Source of the DNA: Podarcis cretensis
Taxonomy: Eukaryota
DNA length: 64,000 bases
Direction of reading: 5' to 3'
NCBI GenBank assembly: GCA_951804945.1
Contig: OX638150.1
Coordinates: 48,484,001-48,548,000, forward strand
Shown here: one piece after another, positions 13,591 through 27,379 of the stretch
Position numbering within the stretch: position 1 is the stretch's first letter
Layout: each line of letters begins with the position of its first letter
Translations under genes and position numbers: made by a program
The notes under the pieces: generated by a model
Seen by the model: only the letters and a program-made list of their open reading frames with translations
Databases searched by the model: none
What the model was told of the DNA's origin: nothing

Positions 13591-16169
13591 CTTTACAATA
13601 ACTCTTAACATTTTTGTTTCTATACGGTGGCTCTTTATGTTTACAGATCCATTCTTTCCTAAGAAATATAGTTCTTTTGAGATGTCTAGAACGGTCAGTG
13701 CTCAACATTTTCAAAGACCTCTTTGCTGCGTGGGTAGATTCTGCAGCGTTTCTTCCTGATTAGCAGAAATGCTGTCACTGTCTTTCATTAAGTGGCCCCC
13801 ATCTTACACTTTTATCTGTCTATGCATGGCTTTAGGGAGAATGTGACATTTTCAGCAAGAACATTTGGTAAAAACAACTCATTATAATAGTGCACTATAT
13901 CAGATCAATAGAGCTGAAAAATGCAAAGCAATGAGCCAAGTGACCAAGTGGTAAAGCAGAATCAGACCTAGGATTTTTGTCTGGGGCTGGTTTGCTCTAA
14001 CAGTAAAATATTCTTTGATTTAATTAGTTAGCTATAATTCGTGCAGCACCTCAAATGACAAAAAGTCAGCTCTTCCCTTCTTCCCCACCCCCATTTTGTA
14101 GTATCATCATAATACTTCTCTGTAAAGAACCATATAGAAATTCAAAACATTGCCAGTTATCATAGGATACATTAAAGGAATTTTCTTCGTACTCAGCAAA
14201 CTGCTCACATGACAATGTAATGTTGTTAAAAGGTAACTTAAGTAAGATTACAGGTCAGGTTCTGCAAGTATTGATTGGTCCAAAACTTTATTTATTACCG
14301 GTATTATTTAATTTATTACTAGTGTCATGAAAGCTGAGGTTTTCCCTTTTTGTTTGAGTAAACTGCTCTGATGAACAACTAAACATGGAATAGAGACAAC
14401 AAAATATACAAGACACTCTGCAAGCATGTTACCTTTCCCCAGGGCTCTGTTGTATACATAAATTAAACAGGCATTTTCAGTGGGTCAACTCGAATGGCGT
14501 ATCTGTTTAACAATAGTGTTGCACTTCTAGTTGTGGAATGAGACCAGGTCCCTGCAGCTACAGCCACTTCAAACCATTTTAGCTCCTCAGTGTGCTGTTC
14601 CTCTTCGATCCTACCAACTGCTGAGCCTGCCTGCTGTCTGAGATAGAATCAGTATCAGACGCAGGGGAGGCAGAAGAGTCTGCCAACACAATCCAAGCAG
14701 AGCAGCATGTTGCCAGTGAGAAATGTCAGCTTTTATTGCTACACTGTTCTGTGTTGACCCTCAGTGAGCAAACCTTCCAAAGAGCAATAAACTTTGTTTT
14801 TCCAAGGGTGTTATCCCAATCAGGATATTTTCCAAAAGGCTAATGACTGTGTCTTTAACCTCTCCTTCCTCCCCAACCACCTCTTGACAGCTAGGTTTAA
14901 ATAACATTTGTCAAAGATGCTAGACTGAGGGGCTGATAAAAAGCCTTTGTGCTTTTTATTTTTCATACCAATGTATATGTTGGATTCAACCTTTTAGTTC
15001 TACTGTGCTCTCCTAAGACATAGTTGTAACTGAAGTGATAAACCTGTGACTTGGCTGTTTCATTTCAGGCGGTAGGTGGGAATTCACATGATTGCATGCT
15101 CCTTCATAAACCATCACCACCATCAGAAATTCTGCATAGGCAGTTTCTTATGTGAATAGATTTTTGTATGGAGGAGCACTCAGTCTGGACTGAAGTAGTC
15201 CAGCATACACCTAGAGTTATAATTTCAGTGGTAACTAAGCTTAAGAATATTAGCCAGATTTACATTTGGATCACTAGTGGGTCCTCTATTTCTATGAGCA
15301 AAGCACCAGGCACATGTTTGGCATCTGGAAGAAAACCTCTGAGAACCTTTTCATTTTGTTACTGAAAGCAGTTCCACAATTCTAGAGGAGGGTGACCCTC
15401 ATTTTTTGGAAAATAAATACTTTACTAAATAAAGATTTAAGAATCATTTAGCAAAACTCACTTTGCAATACAATGGTTAGTTTTCATAATGGAGGCATAT
15501 TAAAGATTCAAGGCAAGCACCTTCCAAATGACTCATCCTTTTATAAGAAATCTACTTGGTTTGTGAATGCCAGTGTTAGGGGACACATAGTTATGGTAAC
15601 TTAATATTGAGTGCATACATCTTTCTTTCAGACACATCCATCTATCTCTATCAGCAGCTAGAGAGATAAATGTCCCTGAAACAAGACACATTTTCATTGG
15701 GAACTATTACAGTATTTGATATGTTTGTGTATAAATCGTAAGACTGTATCCATAAAAGGGCTTTAAAGGCTATCAGGCTGCCATATACTCTAAAGTTCTC
15801 ACACATTGATGATAAAGAAGTTTGTACCAATCTATGTGGAATTATGTCCAAGATGAGGGAACAGGTTTTGTTCAATTAAGTTCAGAGCATTATACATCTC
15901 ATTTAGGACATACTCCATTCCTCAAACAATTTGGGTCGGATGTTATCATCAGCCTACAATTATTGGTGACCAGATATTTCTGCTTGCTTCTAGTTTTATT
16001 AGTTTCATATTAATACAGTTTATTCAAATGAAGGTACCTTTATTTGATGTGGACTATTGGTACAGACGTGTTTCAGATGAGATCCTAAGCAATTGATCTC
16101 CATTAGAATTCCTGTTGATGTGCCCAACTGGGTTGCAATGGTTTATATAGCTGCTTTACAGTACTCTTG

Positions 16170-16274
16170 ATGCAGGTAGGTAGCAGTCAAAATAAATTTT
16201 AAAATTGCCCAGTAGAACCTTAGAGACCAACTAAGTTTGTTCTGAAAGGTGCTACTGGACAATTTTTTAATTTA
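16170..16274. mobile_element. Collapsed Penelope-like palindromic mini-element
   Basis: Inverted repeat aaaattgcccagtagaacctt / aaggtgctactggacaatttt, flanked by direct repeats TTACAGTACTCTTG (16156-16169) and TTACAATACTCTTG (16275-16288). Confidence 0.6.
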
Positions 16275-16434
16275 TTACAATACTCTTGTGAGCTAAATGG
16301 TTGAGGGCTAGTGTCTAGTGCTAAATTTGACCTGAGGCAATGCTATTTCTCAGCTACCCAGCTTATCAGGATACCATGCAGGATAAGCTAGTTGATACCA
16401 CCACACCAGCATAGAAATGTCTCAGCGACGATGC

Positions 16435-16870
16435 AGGAATGCTAACCATTAGGAAAGGGTTAAAAAATAAAACTGCCAATATAATAATGCTGTTATGCAA
16501 ATCTATGTTGTGAGCGCACTTGGAATACTGCATACAGTTCTGGTCACTGCATTTCAAAAAGGATATTGTAGAGCTATAGAAGGTTCAGAGAATAGCAACC
16601 AAAATGTTCAAGGTGTGTGGAGTAACTCGCCTGTGATGGAAGGGGATGTAGCTGATGTAGATAATTGTAGCTGATGTGGAAGAAGTTGATAAGGAAAGGT
16701 TTTTCTTTCTCTCCCATAATACTTGGGAGACATTCAAGAAAGCTGAATGTTGGAAGTCAAAATAAAGTACTTCTTCACACAGCACATAGTTAAACTATGG
16801 AATTCACTCCTGCAAGATTTCGTAATGCCCACCAACTTGGATGGTTTAAAAGAGGATTAGACAAATTCAA
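16435..16870 (+). mobile_element. CR1 LINE ORF2 C-terminal remnant
   Basis: cacttggaatactgcatacagttctggtca (HLEYCIQFWS), aaggttcagagaatagcaaccaaaatg, ctatggaattcactc (LWNSL) and ttaaaagaggattagacaaattc. Multiple indels. Confidence 0.85.
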
Positions 16871-17230
16871 CTTAGAATTACTCAGAGTGCACCTGTAATG
16901 AAAAGAATTGTTAGACCCACTAATTTCAATAGATCAGCTCTGAGTAATACCACCCAATAACTTCATTTCCACATTACTCTGCATTCTGGGAGTGAGTTAT
17001 AGTAGTAGAGTATCCATGATAATATAAAAGTGAAAGTATGTAGTTTATATTGTAAAAAAACTGGCCTGTAAAAGTTATTGGGATATTAAAAATATATATA
17101 ACCATATAAAGCTGCCTGTTTCTCCTTATTGTGTATTTATTTATTCCTGATAGCATTAGAAGTAGGTGCCAAGATTAACCATTATTACAGTGAAAATAAA
17201 GGCATGAAATACGGAACAGTATTAGTACTT

Positions 17231-17770
17231 TTCTGAGCACAATTAAAAATGTTAGTGTGGATCTTTAAAGCTCTTAACTGATTCGGCCCTATATACCTGA
17301 AGGAGCATCTCCACCCCCATCGTTCAGCTTGGACACAGAGGTCCAGCTTCGAGGGCCTTCTAGTGGTTCCCTCATTGAGAAAAGTTCCAGGGAACCAGGC
17401 AGAGGGCCTTCTCTGTAGTGGTATCCGCCCTGTGGAATGCCATCCATCAGATGTCAAAAAGTAATAAATAATTATATGATCTTCCATAGACATCTGAAGG
17501 CAGCTCTGTATAAGGAGGCTTTTAATGTGTTTTTGTATACAGTCGAATCTCTGGTTACGTAAACTTCGGGATGTGTGCACGGCAAACCCGGAAGTATTTT
17601 ACCGGGTTTCGCCGCGCGCGCAGAAGTGGTCCTCAGGTTGCAGAAACCTCAGGATCTGACCAGACCTCTGGAACGGATCCCGTCCACAACCAGAGTACCG
17701 CTGCATTCTGTTGGAAGCCACCTAGAATGGCTGGGGCAACCCAGGCAGATGGGTGGGATACAAGAAATAA
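17231..17770 (+). mobile_element. L2-type LINE 3' end, interrupted by a MITE at 17540-17703
   Basis: agggccttctctgtagtg...ctgtggaatgcc (RAFSV...LWNA) and agacatctgaaggcagc. The tail resumes after the MITE and matches the reverse complement of 53595-53792. Confidence 0.8.
17540..17703. mobile_element. Tc1/mariner (Tigger-like) MITE
   Basis: Imperfect TIRs: TA|CAGTCGAATCTCTGGTT ... AACCAGAGTACCGCTG|CA. CpG-rich interior. Confidence 0.7.
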
Positions 17771-17834
17771 GAATATGAATACCACCAATTTAAATTTATA
17801 ATGAAATGCCTTTCCTTGATCTTCTATCCAATAG

Positions 17835-18071
<237 letters not shown>

Positions 18072-18374
18072 TAAGATGTGGAAAAGATGCTCAGGGTGCA
18101 ATTTTAAACAAATTTACTTTATTGAACTCAGTATAGTCAAGGACTGCATAATTTTAATAAATACAAATTTAGCAATCATGCTTGAATCTAAGGGGGGAAA
18201 GACAGACCTGCCTCAGATATTACACAATGTGACAATGACCAAATAAATTATTAATGCTTTTTCTTTGTGTTATAGTTTACAGTGTCTGATAAGAAAAAAT
18301 TGTAGAACTTCCTTTTTTGAGGGGTGTGATGGTGGGTGTGGGAGGGTTATTGGGTTGTTCTTGTTTTATGTTGA

Positions 18375-18482
18375 ATATGTATTTTGTGTTTTTATATTGT
18401 GATTTTATCCTGTGAATTGCCCTGAGACCTGTGGGTATAGGACAGTATACAAATTTAATAAACAACAACAACAACAACAATA
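18375..18482 (+). mobile_element. LINE (L2-like) extreme 3' tail ending in (CAA)n
   Basis: tgtgaattgccctgagacc...gggtataggacagtatacaaatttaataaa followed by (CAA)6. Confidence 0.6.
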
Positions 18483-18926
18483 AATTGCACTAAGGCCCGT
18501 CTTACCTGCTACTTGGCAGGAAGCTGTGGGTGGGGCTAATGCAGCCAGGCAGGGCTCCTCCTCTGGTTCCAGCATGACAGTGGGAATCACTTCCTTTTCA
18601 GTCAGCCCTACTGACCACAGGGGTTGTGGGCTTTTCAACCAATCACATGCAAGTTGGGGAGCATGCGGTTTTGGAGCAGACCAGAGGGAAATCATCTGTC
18701 CTCCAGTCTGTTTGCACTAAGGATAGTCTTTAATATATAGTACAATATACATAATTTTTAAAATCAACAAAACTAGATAGAAATTCTCTGTAAAAATTTG
18801 AAGAAATGTTGCTATCAAGAAAGATCGTTTGGGCTTTCCTGGCAGTATAAATTTTCCCAGAAACAGAAAATAGCCAAGAAGTAGGTTGTAATAACAGAAT
18901 ATGCATATGTGCACATACAAACACAT

Positions 18927-19794
18927 TTTGTTCTTTTGGCATCCGTCTGTCTCAAGAGACAATGGAGTGTGCCTCTGGGGGTGAAGCCAAACTGCTGCAG
19001 ACTGCTGTGACTGCAGACATTGGTAACTCGTAACTGCTGCCTTCCACGCTGTTTTTACTGCCTTAGTAAGCATCAGAATAACCTCTCTGGGACGCCAGGC
19101 TGGGTAGTGCATATAGAGGCCCTGGGCTGCCCATGCAACAAGACCCTGCCTCTTAGCCTTCTGATGTGGTTTAAAGGAAAGCAGAGCAATGCATTTGTCT
19201 TCACTGCAGGAATTGCCAGAAGGAGGCAAGTAAGACGCCATCCTACTGTCATGGACACCTCACTCCGGTTTGTGTAGGGTTTACTCCTTAGCCCTTTCTT
19301 CTCCTGAAGATGTCCTGCAAGGCAGTGGGTACAGATTTTTCTTCTAGTTTTCCTCCCAAAGACTTTCTCACAAATTAGTATGTCTGCAATGCAACAGAGG
19401 TTTGGTTTTCCTTCTCTTAGATGGGCTACCTTCCCAGTTTGATGAGCCCCATCTGGCCCTCATTTCCCTCTACAGCACATGTAGTGACTGCCTTCTTGAC
19501 TGTTGGACCCACTGTTGGTCTCGTCTACTCAATCCACTGAAGCTTGTATTTGCATGCAGGGGAAGTCCCAAACTCATGGAGGGTTTAAGACCCATTGGCT
19601 ACCCTCACCTGGTTTAGCCATCCAGTCAAAGCCAGTCCTGGGGTGGGTCCGCTGTCACATGCTGACAGCTTCTAGAAGCCACAGGTGAGAGCTGAATGCA
19701 GGGTGGGGAGTAAAGGTAGACAAACTACTCCAGAGGGAGCATGATGTGTCCAACCCCAGAGGTGCTACTGCTCCACTAAGACCCCATACACCCC
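18927..19794 (-). mobile_element. Non-autonomous RTE-clade retroelement, about 870 bp, apparently a full-length insertion
   Basis: Minus strand starts GGGGTGTATGGGG and ends ccattgtctcttgagacagacggatgccaaaag, an RTE-type 3' terminus as recalled. TSD ATACAAACACAT (18915-18926) / ATGCAAACACAT (19795-19806). No RT motifs seen. Confidence 0.72.
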
Positions 19795-22017
19795 ATGCAA
19801 ACACATAATTGAGATATATACAGTATACACCTTGCCACAATAGAAACAGATGCCCAACATGCCAAAGATATCCTAGTAATGCATGTTCGGTAGCTTGCTA
19901 CATTTTCGTCTATATAGCTTGGTCTGCTAGAAATGAAGTACAGTTTATGAGAAAGTCGAAGGTAATAGGTGTAATAGTTAGGTAGAAGTCTTGATGGTGC
20001 AATGATAGTAATTGGCCTGAAATGTGAAGAAAAGAACAGTCTTTTATTCAGTTCAGAGGTTCTTTGACACATATCTATTATGAGAACTTTCAGCATCGAA
20101 ATAGATTGAGAGGTCTGAAATCTCGACCCAGATGAAACAGAAGAAAAAATGCCAATGTCAACCAGATATTCTCATACTAAATACACAGACGATCTGAATA
20201 TATAGGAATATTATTCAATGCATGAGAGAACTAGAAAATGTTTACAGCCAATTTATTTAATTCCTATCAAGTACTGTAAATAATGTTCAAAAATGCTGAT
20301 GATTATTATTGGCAATGCCCTTTTTACTACATGGTTTATTTTTTGTCTTACTACATGGTTTTTGGTTTACTATATGGTTTGCTTTTTGTCTTTTCAATTG
20401 GTATATAATTTCAGAAGATTGAACAATAGCAGTAGTACTTTTTTTTGCTCTTTATATTTTACAGAAGTATATAAATTATTTGTGTCTGTACACACAGACA
20501 CAAGCATAAGTTCATAAAGTACATTGCACTTTTATTCAGCCCTATTCAGTTATGATCCACACAGTTGTAACCATGTGGACAGGGAGACTCAACACTTTTG
20601 CTCTGTTGCAGACCCTGCTCCCCACACCAGCCTCAAATTAGGAAAATACTTATAGCTGGGAAGCCTGCCATACAGATTTGGAACGCTGATAATATAGTAG
20701 CTGATTTTGTATTCCATTGCTATTTTTTTGGCCGGACATTTTCTATTAGAGTACTAGGAAGCAAATTGAATTCTGGAATTTCTGTAGAGTCTCCCAACAG
20801 TACCTCCTTATGGGTTTTCCCCCTAAATATTTTCAGTACTTCTGCAAATCTTGTCCCTGCTATTTTGGCTGCATAAACAGCAGCACTCACAGTCTAAATA
20901 TAAGAAATACAAGGAATGACATGAAGGGTGAAATGAATAGCTTTTGGAAAAGTGAAAAGTATTGCCATATTAAGATGAGATACAAAATACTCTCAGCAAT
21001 AACTCTTATGTAGTATGTAGCTGCAATTCCCATTGAATTCCTTCAGACTTTCTTCTGAATAGACATGATAAGATTCCATTGTTAAAAGAAGGGTTGTACT
21101 TTCAGCGTTTTCTAAATGTATAACTTTTTAAATTGCAGATTTTCGCTGTTAAATTTATGCACTAATAATTTACATGTGACAGAATTATGGTTATTGTGTT
21201 ATAACTTTGAAAGTAATTGATTAATAGGGTGGATAAAAACTAAAGTAGCTGTAAAATCAAGCTTTCAAACATGGAGGTCCTTTACATATGCTTTCCTACA
21301 TTTATGCAAATGAAGAACATTTTCACATGAAATACAGCAATAATAACACAATTTCTATATTGAGATTGATGCAGTATTATGCTTGCACTTCCAGTATCCC
21401 AAACATAAGTATAATACGTTAAGCTGTGGAAAACAGGTTGAAAAATTGCCACATTAGCATGCTTTGTGCATGCAAATCTATTGTCAAGGTACAGCAATTA
21501 TCACACACAAAAGCTACATACAGTAACAAAAACCACATCTTATATAGGAACCTCCCTTCTGACTCATAATATACGATTGCAGTCGGTTACCAGAGTTACA
21601 ATGACTCGTTCTAATCATTAGCGCAAGAGACCCCTGGCTGTGACTGTGTAATTTGGACTCATTATATGACAGAAGGGACCTCTCTGCTTCTTCTTTTCCT
21701 CATATGGAAAATAGGTCTGTTTAATGCCTACAAGTGCAATATAATAGGTTTTTTCCATGTAGCAGAAACACCAGCTTTGCCAAAGAAAAAGAAAATGGAA
21801 AAAGTTTACAGAAACCACCTGTTAAACACAGTCTTTGTGATTCAAGAATCCTTAAGAGATATACTTCTTAGAAGTGTTAACATTTTTGTCTTTCTTCAGG
21901 TAACTTCTGATTATGGAGTTCAGTTGTTGAACTTACATTGTGTGTGACCATTAAAAAATAACATCACCATAGACTAAAAAGGGAGCGGCTAACACATTAA
22001 TTGCACCTGTCTTTCAG

Positions 22018-22119
22018 ATTCTGTGCAGGACTGTCCACGTAATTGTCATGGGAATGGCGAATGTGTGTCTGGAATTTGTCACTGTTTTCCTGGCTACCAT
22101 GGAGCAGATTGTGCTAAAG
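22018..22119 (+). CDS. TENM2: Teneurin-2 exon, EGF-like repeat 1 (102 nt, phase 1-1)
   Basis: Branch-like GGCTAAC at 21987-21993, acceptor ctgtctttcAG, donor AAG|GTagtg. Translates (D)[33 protein letters not shown]. Confidence 0.97.
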
Positions 22120-25100
22120 GTAGTGTTATATTTGTCTTCAAATATTCCTCATTATGTCTTTTATCCTGTACTATAGGAATCATTTGTCATTGTAGTGAAA
22201 ATGATTTATGTAACATTTTACCTAAGATATATTGGAGTTCTGTTTTCCTGTAGGATTTTTGAAAGCGAGACTTAATTTCTGTGCTACGCTATACAAAAAA
22301 AAAGAATCAAATGTAGAGTGAGTAGCAGCCCAATCCTACAAATGCATCTTTCCATCTCCATCTCACGCCCAGGAAATATTAACATTAAATTGTACAATTG
22401 ATAAAGTTCGGGTTTGTTTAGATCATTGGCACTGGCATCTCTTTTATTCTCACACTGGTGTAAAGCCTGCTGCATTTAATCCTATGATTTTTCATAAAGT
22501 ATTTTGTAGCATGTTTTTTCAAGTGTAAGGCTTTTTTATTTTACTGCAACATTTAGGACTTAAAAGCATAGGGCTATTATACTTATTAAGTATATTTAAG
22601 AGGTTCCTAAAGATGTTTCCTGCCAGTTAATTCCAATGGGACAAACACTAGAGTTCGGCTGTCCACATATGTAGCATATAACACACAAAGAAAGGTAAGT
22701 TGTTGTTGCTGTTACTATTATTATTACTAATGCATATACAGTAGCATCTATTAAGATTAATACTATTAATGTATATATTGTAGCCTAACCATGAGATTTC
22801 TGTTGTACACATTTTTAGGATCACATTATATATGGCATGATCCTTCTCTATGTGGGGAGTCTTCCCATGTGATTTAGTAACCTGATTGCCCAGGGACAGG
22901 AGCAGCAGCACATCTTTGGGTGCAGTGCTGAACATGTGGCCCCACAACCCCTTTCACTGTGCTTGCGCTCCACATATTAGTCATGCATGAAGGCTAGTAT
23001 TGTGATGACATATTCTGGCTACATGATCCCTGTTTTCTTGTAATCCCTCTTTTGTTACAATCTGTTGGATATATGCCTGACAATATTTGCACCATCCGTC
23101 AAGCAGTGTAAAGAAGAAAGTAAACTTGTTAGGCAACATTTTTTTCAAACAACAATAACAGTTTGACAAGTAAAGTGTTGATAAGTCATCTTTTAACAGA
23201 AGAAATCTAATGACTGCCCATTTTGGGGATACAGCTTAGGTTGAAAAGGTGACTATTTAAGTTGACCAGAGTGACTGGAGAGAGAGAGAGAGAGTTTTAA
23301 CTCAGAATGGTATGATTTTGTCATATATGTGAAAAAGAAAACTAATGTTGTAATCCCAGTGATTAATCGTCTCAGTATGCTACTTTGTAAAACTCATTTT
23401 TGTTTATTTATGCTGTAGAAACAGTAGGAATAATAGTGACACTTGTTACCTTCATGCTGTACATTGCAAAGAATATTTGCTTTGCCTGTTAATCTCTGGA
23501 AGTTAATTTTTTTTATCCTTTAAGTTATGTTCAGAAATTTATTTATGTTTTAAGGCATGTTCTTTGTGTGTCTCTACACGCAAAATTTATTTCATTTTTT
23601 AAAAGGCTTTTTAGCCAGCTCTTAAATTACTTAGCCAGTTTAAATGCTGTAAAGAAGCAATTTTTATATGTGATTGGAGAAGTAACCACAGCAAGGAAAA
23701 ATCAAGTGAACATATGTCTTGTGAAAGGGTTTCCATGCGTTATATTGTTACATGATATTCACCTACTGCTGAGATATCCATTGCACCTTCCTTAGTTGGT
23801 TGTCATGTTTGTTTCTGCATCACTCTTAAGGAAAAACAAAAAACAAAACAACAACCCTGGACTCATTTTCAATAAGTTACACTTTCTCTATGGGGTCCAC
23901 AGGAATTCCAAACACACTTACTAGGGAGTAAGCCCCATTGGACACAGTGGCTATTACTTCTGAGTAAAAATGCATGGGATTGCATAGCACGCGTCTTGAA
24001 AACTGAAGGCTTGCATTACTTTTGTAAATGATTAATATAAATAGGTCTGTGGCTATTGTAGCTAACTTAAAGGGCAGTATTTGATTCTGAGATATGTGAT
24101 TCTTGCACTCAGAGAAATCAACAATGCAGACCTATACATGTTTATTCAGAAGTAAGACCCAGTGGGACTTACACCCCAGTACATCTGCTTAAGACTATGC
24201 TGTGAGACACAACTAGCAATATCCATCAATACTATATCCAGTATTATAATACTGTATTATAATATTATAATACTATAATACAATACTATATCCAGCAATA
24301 CTATCATTTAAGCAGATAAGCTTAAGCAAATAAACATAAAAACCATTTCTTTACCTTAATAATTTTAATTGATTTTTTGTTACTTTTAGATAACTACTTT
24401 GTACTACCGCCACCCTGCTACAATTACTTCCCCTTTCTGTCCATAAAAGTGTTTTGCTTTCTTAAGCTCATTTTTTTGTCAACATTGCCCCCCCCCCCCA
24501 CGCACCCTGTGTGGCTTCATCATTTTACTGCTTTCACTTTGTTTATTTTTGACTGCTGGCAAAGGATGGTCCTATTTCAATAAGTATCAATATAAGGGTA
24601 GGTTGTTGTAGTAGTTGTTTTTGTAAATTTCATTAATAGCCTTCCATTTTGTTTTGTTTAAAATAATTAAGCCCATTAAACATAGCACATCCATTTTCAT
24701 GTTTAAATGCTTACTGTTTGATTACCACCTCTGACAAGCTGAGTACTCATGCCATATCCACTCCCTATTTGTGACCTCCTGTATAGGAATTTGACAAGGT
24801 AAATTTCAAATTAGTGGGTAAGTAAGTAGATACTAACTACTGGAAATGACAACTCCTGCTGGTCCACATCTGTCACTGTAGGCCAAACAATGTTACTATT
24901 AGAAAACACAGACATTGTCTTTAATTAGACATTGGTGAAAGTATGTTGGCATTCTCCAAATATTTAGTTGCTCAGCAGCTTGTAGGCAAAGCAGGGGCTC
25001 TCACATATGCAAATAACAAAAATGTGCATTGCCGTCATGCTGTTTGGAACTTTCCTGTGAAACTATTACCTTGAGAGAAATCCAGGAGTTGTCATAATGG

Positions 25101-25332
25101 TAGCACGCATACATTTCCCTTTCTTAAATAAGACTAATGAAACTTTAATCATTGTTGATCACTTCTCATGCAGTTGTTTCTTTTTAAACCGAGAAAGGCT
25201 CAATATCTACAAATCTACCATCTTGTTAGGTTCCTTTTACTCATTATCCATAGAGCATTCACAGCATTTACAAAGTCTGGGTCAGAAGGAGAAGTAATGT
25301 AATCAACAGGGGCATTAAACCATTGTTAGCAA

Positions 25333-25463
25333 CATGGGCATAGTCAGGATTTATGTTGTGGGGGACAGGCTTCATGTTGGGGGGCAGAACCTCAGTTAAG
25401 TATTTTTTTATTTTTTTTATTTATGGGGGCAGCTGCCCCCGCCTCCCCTTTGCTAGGCCCATG
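25333..25463. mobile_element. hAT MITE, 131 bp
   Basis: TIRs CATGGGCATAGT / GCTAGGCCCATG. Perfect 8-bp TSD GTTAGCAA at 25325-25332 and 25464-25471. Confidence 0.88.
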
Positions 25464-26194
25464 GTTAGCAACATAGGGGTTTGTAAATTTGGTATGCATA
25501 TTCATTGCATGGACCCATTTAATTAATAACAGTGGGGTAACTATGGGAAGGAGTTCAATGTTGCACGCTTCTGATCATTCTGTCAGTGCAAGCTTGCTAG
25601 ATGGAACAATCCTGACACACTGTTCTGGTGTTCCCTTGACCCTGCAGAGTGGGTTGGTGGAGAGGAGAAGAAAGAAAGCTGGGTTGGAAAGCCGGATCAT
25701 AGATTGTTAAGCAGCTTGTCCCTGTAAATACATTTTAAAATGTGATTTCTTCACAGTACTAATGGGATTTTCTGGGCCCAATACACCATATGTGATGGGC
25801 CCTCCACCCATCTGTAGGCTCCTAGTCCATGCAAGATGTCCAGCAACTAGAAAGCAGGAAAATTCCCCGCATGCACAGAGATAAATTAAGACAGTCAATA
25901 TACATTATATGATTAAATAACCCAGCCAGGAGAAGCACCCACCATTCTATGTATTCCTTATAGAACTCAGGTGGAATCATATATTCTCCAGGAGCTTTGT
26001 TTGATTCCAAGTAAAATTCATCAGTTAAAATAATATAACATTTTCACCATAAAGCAAATAATCATAAAATCAATGTAACAAAAATACTGCAATTCAACTA
26101 CTATGGTATAATACTATTCCATGAGCTAGATTTTGCAATAAGCCTAGGTGTGAAGGTACATTTTGATTATGCAGTAGAAGCTCATTATTAATGT

Positions 26195-26355
26195 GGTCAT
26201 CTATGTCTCTAGGGGAAGGGAATTCCACACTAGTATGTGACTGCTGAAAAGGCCCTCCCTTGAGTCCTCACATAACCCAACCATTGTTGGTGGGACAACA
26301 AGAAGGGCTCCTCTACTGACTGTAAGGTCTGGAAAGGTTGGTTTGGGTAGAGGAG
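26195..26355 (-). mobile_element. L2-type LINE 3' fragment
   Basis: Minus strand agggccttttcagcagtc...gtgtggaattcccttccc (RAFSAV...WNSLP motif). Confidence 0.65.
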
Positions 26356-27006
26356 CTCCAACAGATAGTTGTGCCACAAGTCATTCAAGACTTTCTGTCC
26401 ACTGCCCTGTCTGCTTCTGTCCACTGCTAATCATATCCACACCACACGGTGGTGGCAGATACAGCCCTGCACGGCTGGAGGGAGACTGTCTCGCACGGCC
26501 TCCTATCATCACAGTCAGTTTCACCCATGGGGGTTGGCAGGATTGGCTGCCAAAAACTTCAAATTCAAATTGATCAATCATGCTCGGGGGAGGGGGGCAC
26601 GGTCCTTTGGTCGCAGACCTTACAGAGCCAGTCTTCTGTCAGGTCCACCACAAAGGCATAAAATTCAGCTGCGCTGTGGTCAGACAGCACAGACCAGAAT
26701 TGGTCATGCCGCCCAACTACCCAGTATGTTCTGGCTCTGCCTGGAGGAAAGTAGGCAGAACATGTGTGTGGCCTTGTTATGAAATTACTCTGTTGCCATA
26801 TTCGGGGCCAGGGCAGAATTTGCCTGCAGACAAATTGGGCTTGTCTTGGGGTTCTACCTTCCTCATAGCTACTGTCACAACTTTGCTTGAAAGAAGCATT
26901 GGATTGGATCCTTTGGTCAAAAGCTAGGGGATGGCTGGGTCTCCCACCTCTGGATCTTGGATCAAAATTCAGGGCATGCAGGTAAAGGGGTCCAGGGGTA
27001 GGGTTC

Positions 27007-27300
27007 TGTTAGAAATTCCAGACAGGGACTGATGGGCCATAGAACACCCCAAATGACAACCTGGTGGGATCGCCCAATTCAATCTGCATCATAGGGGGAT
27101 CCTTAACCCCTGGATCAATCCTGACTGAGCTATCAGCCAGTAATCGGGTTGGCTGATTCAGGATACATACCCAGTGCCTATGCCAAAACCAAATTGCCTC
27201 CGTAATCAATAAAGTTGCAGCCATTTCAATCCCATCATGGTGTCTTCCCATTTTGTTACAACTACGCTTCCAGATCCTTCCCCTCTATGAGCTCCTGCCC
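27007..27300 (+). mobile_element. Possible retroelement terminal-repeat remnant (LTR or DIRS/Ngaro-type), boundaries uncertain
   Basis: Starts TGTTAG and contains AATAAAGTTGCAGCC. Loosely similar to 3168-3200 (agtagagttgtggcccaatttaatcca). No TSD found. Confidence 0.3.
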
Positions 27301-27379
27301 ACTGTAGAGGAGTCCTCAAATGTTTCCTTCCTGAGTCAGTATCCGAATCTAATTGCTCCACACTTCTCTAAATTTGTGA

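Noticed and set aside
24215-24305. Degenerate AT-rich tandem repeat (caatactatatccag / tattataata)
   Set aside because: Low-complexity slippage product. The short duplications at about 37273-37305 and 59640-59705 look the same.
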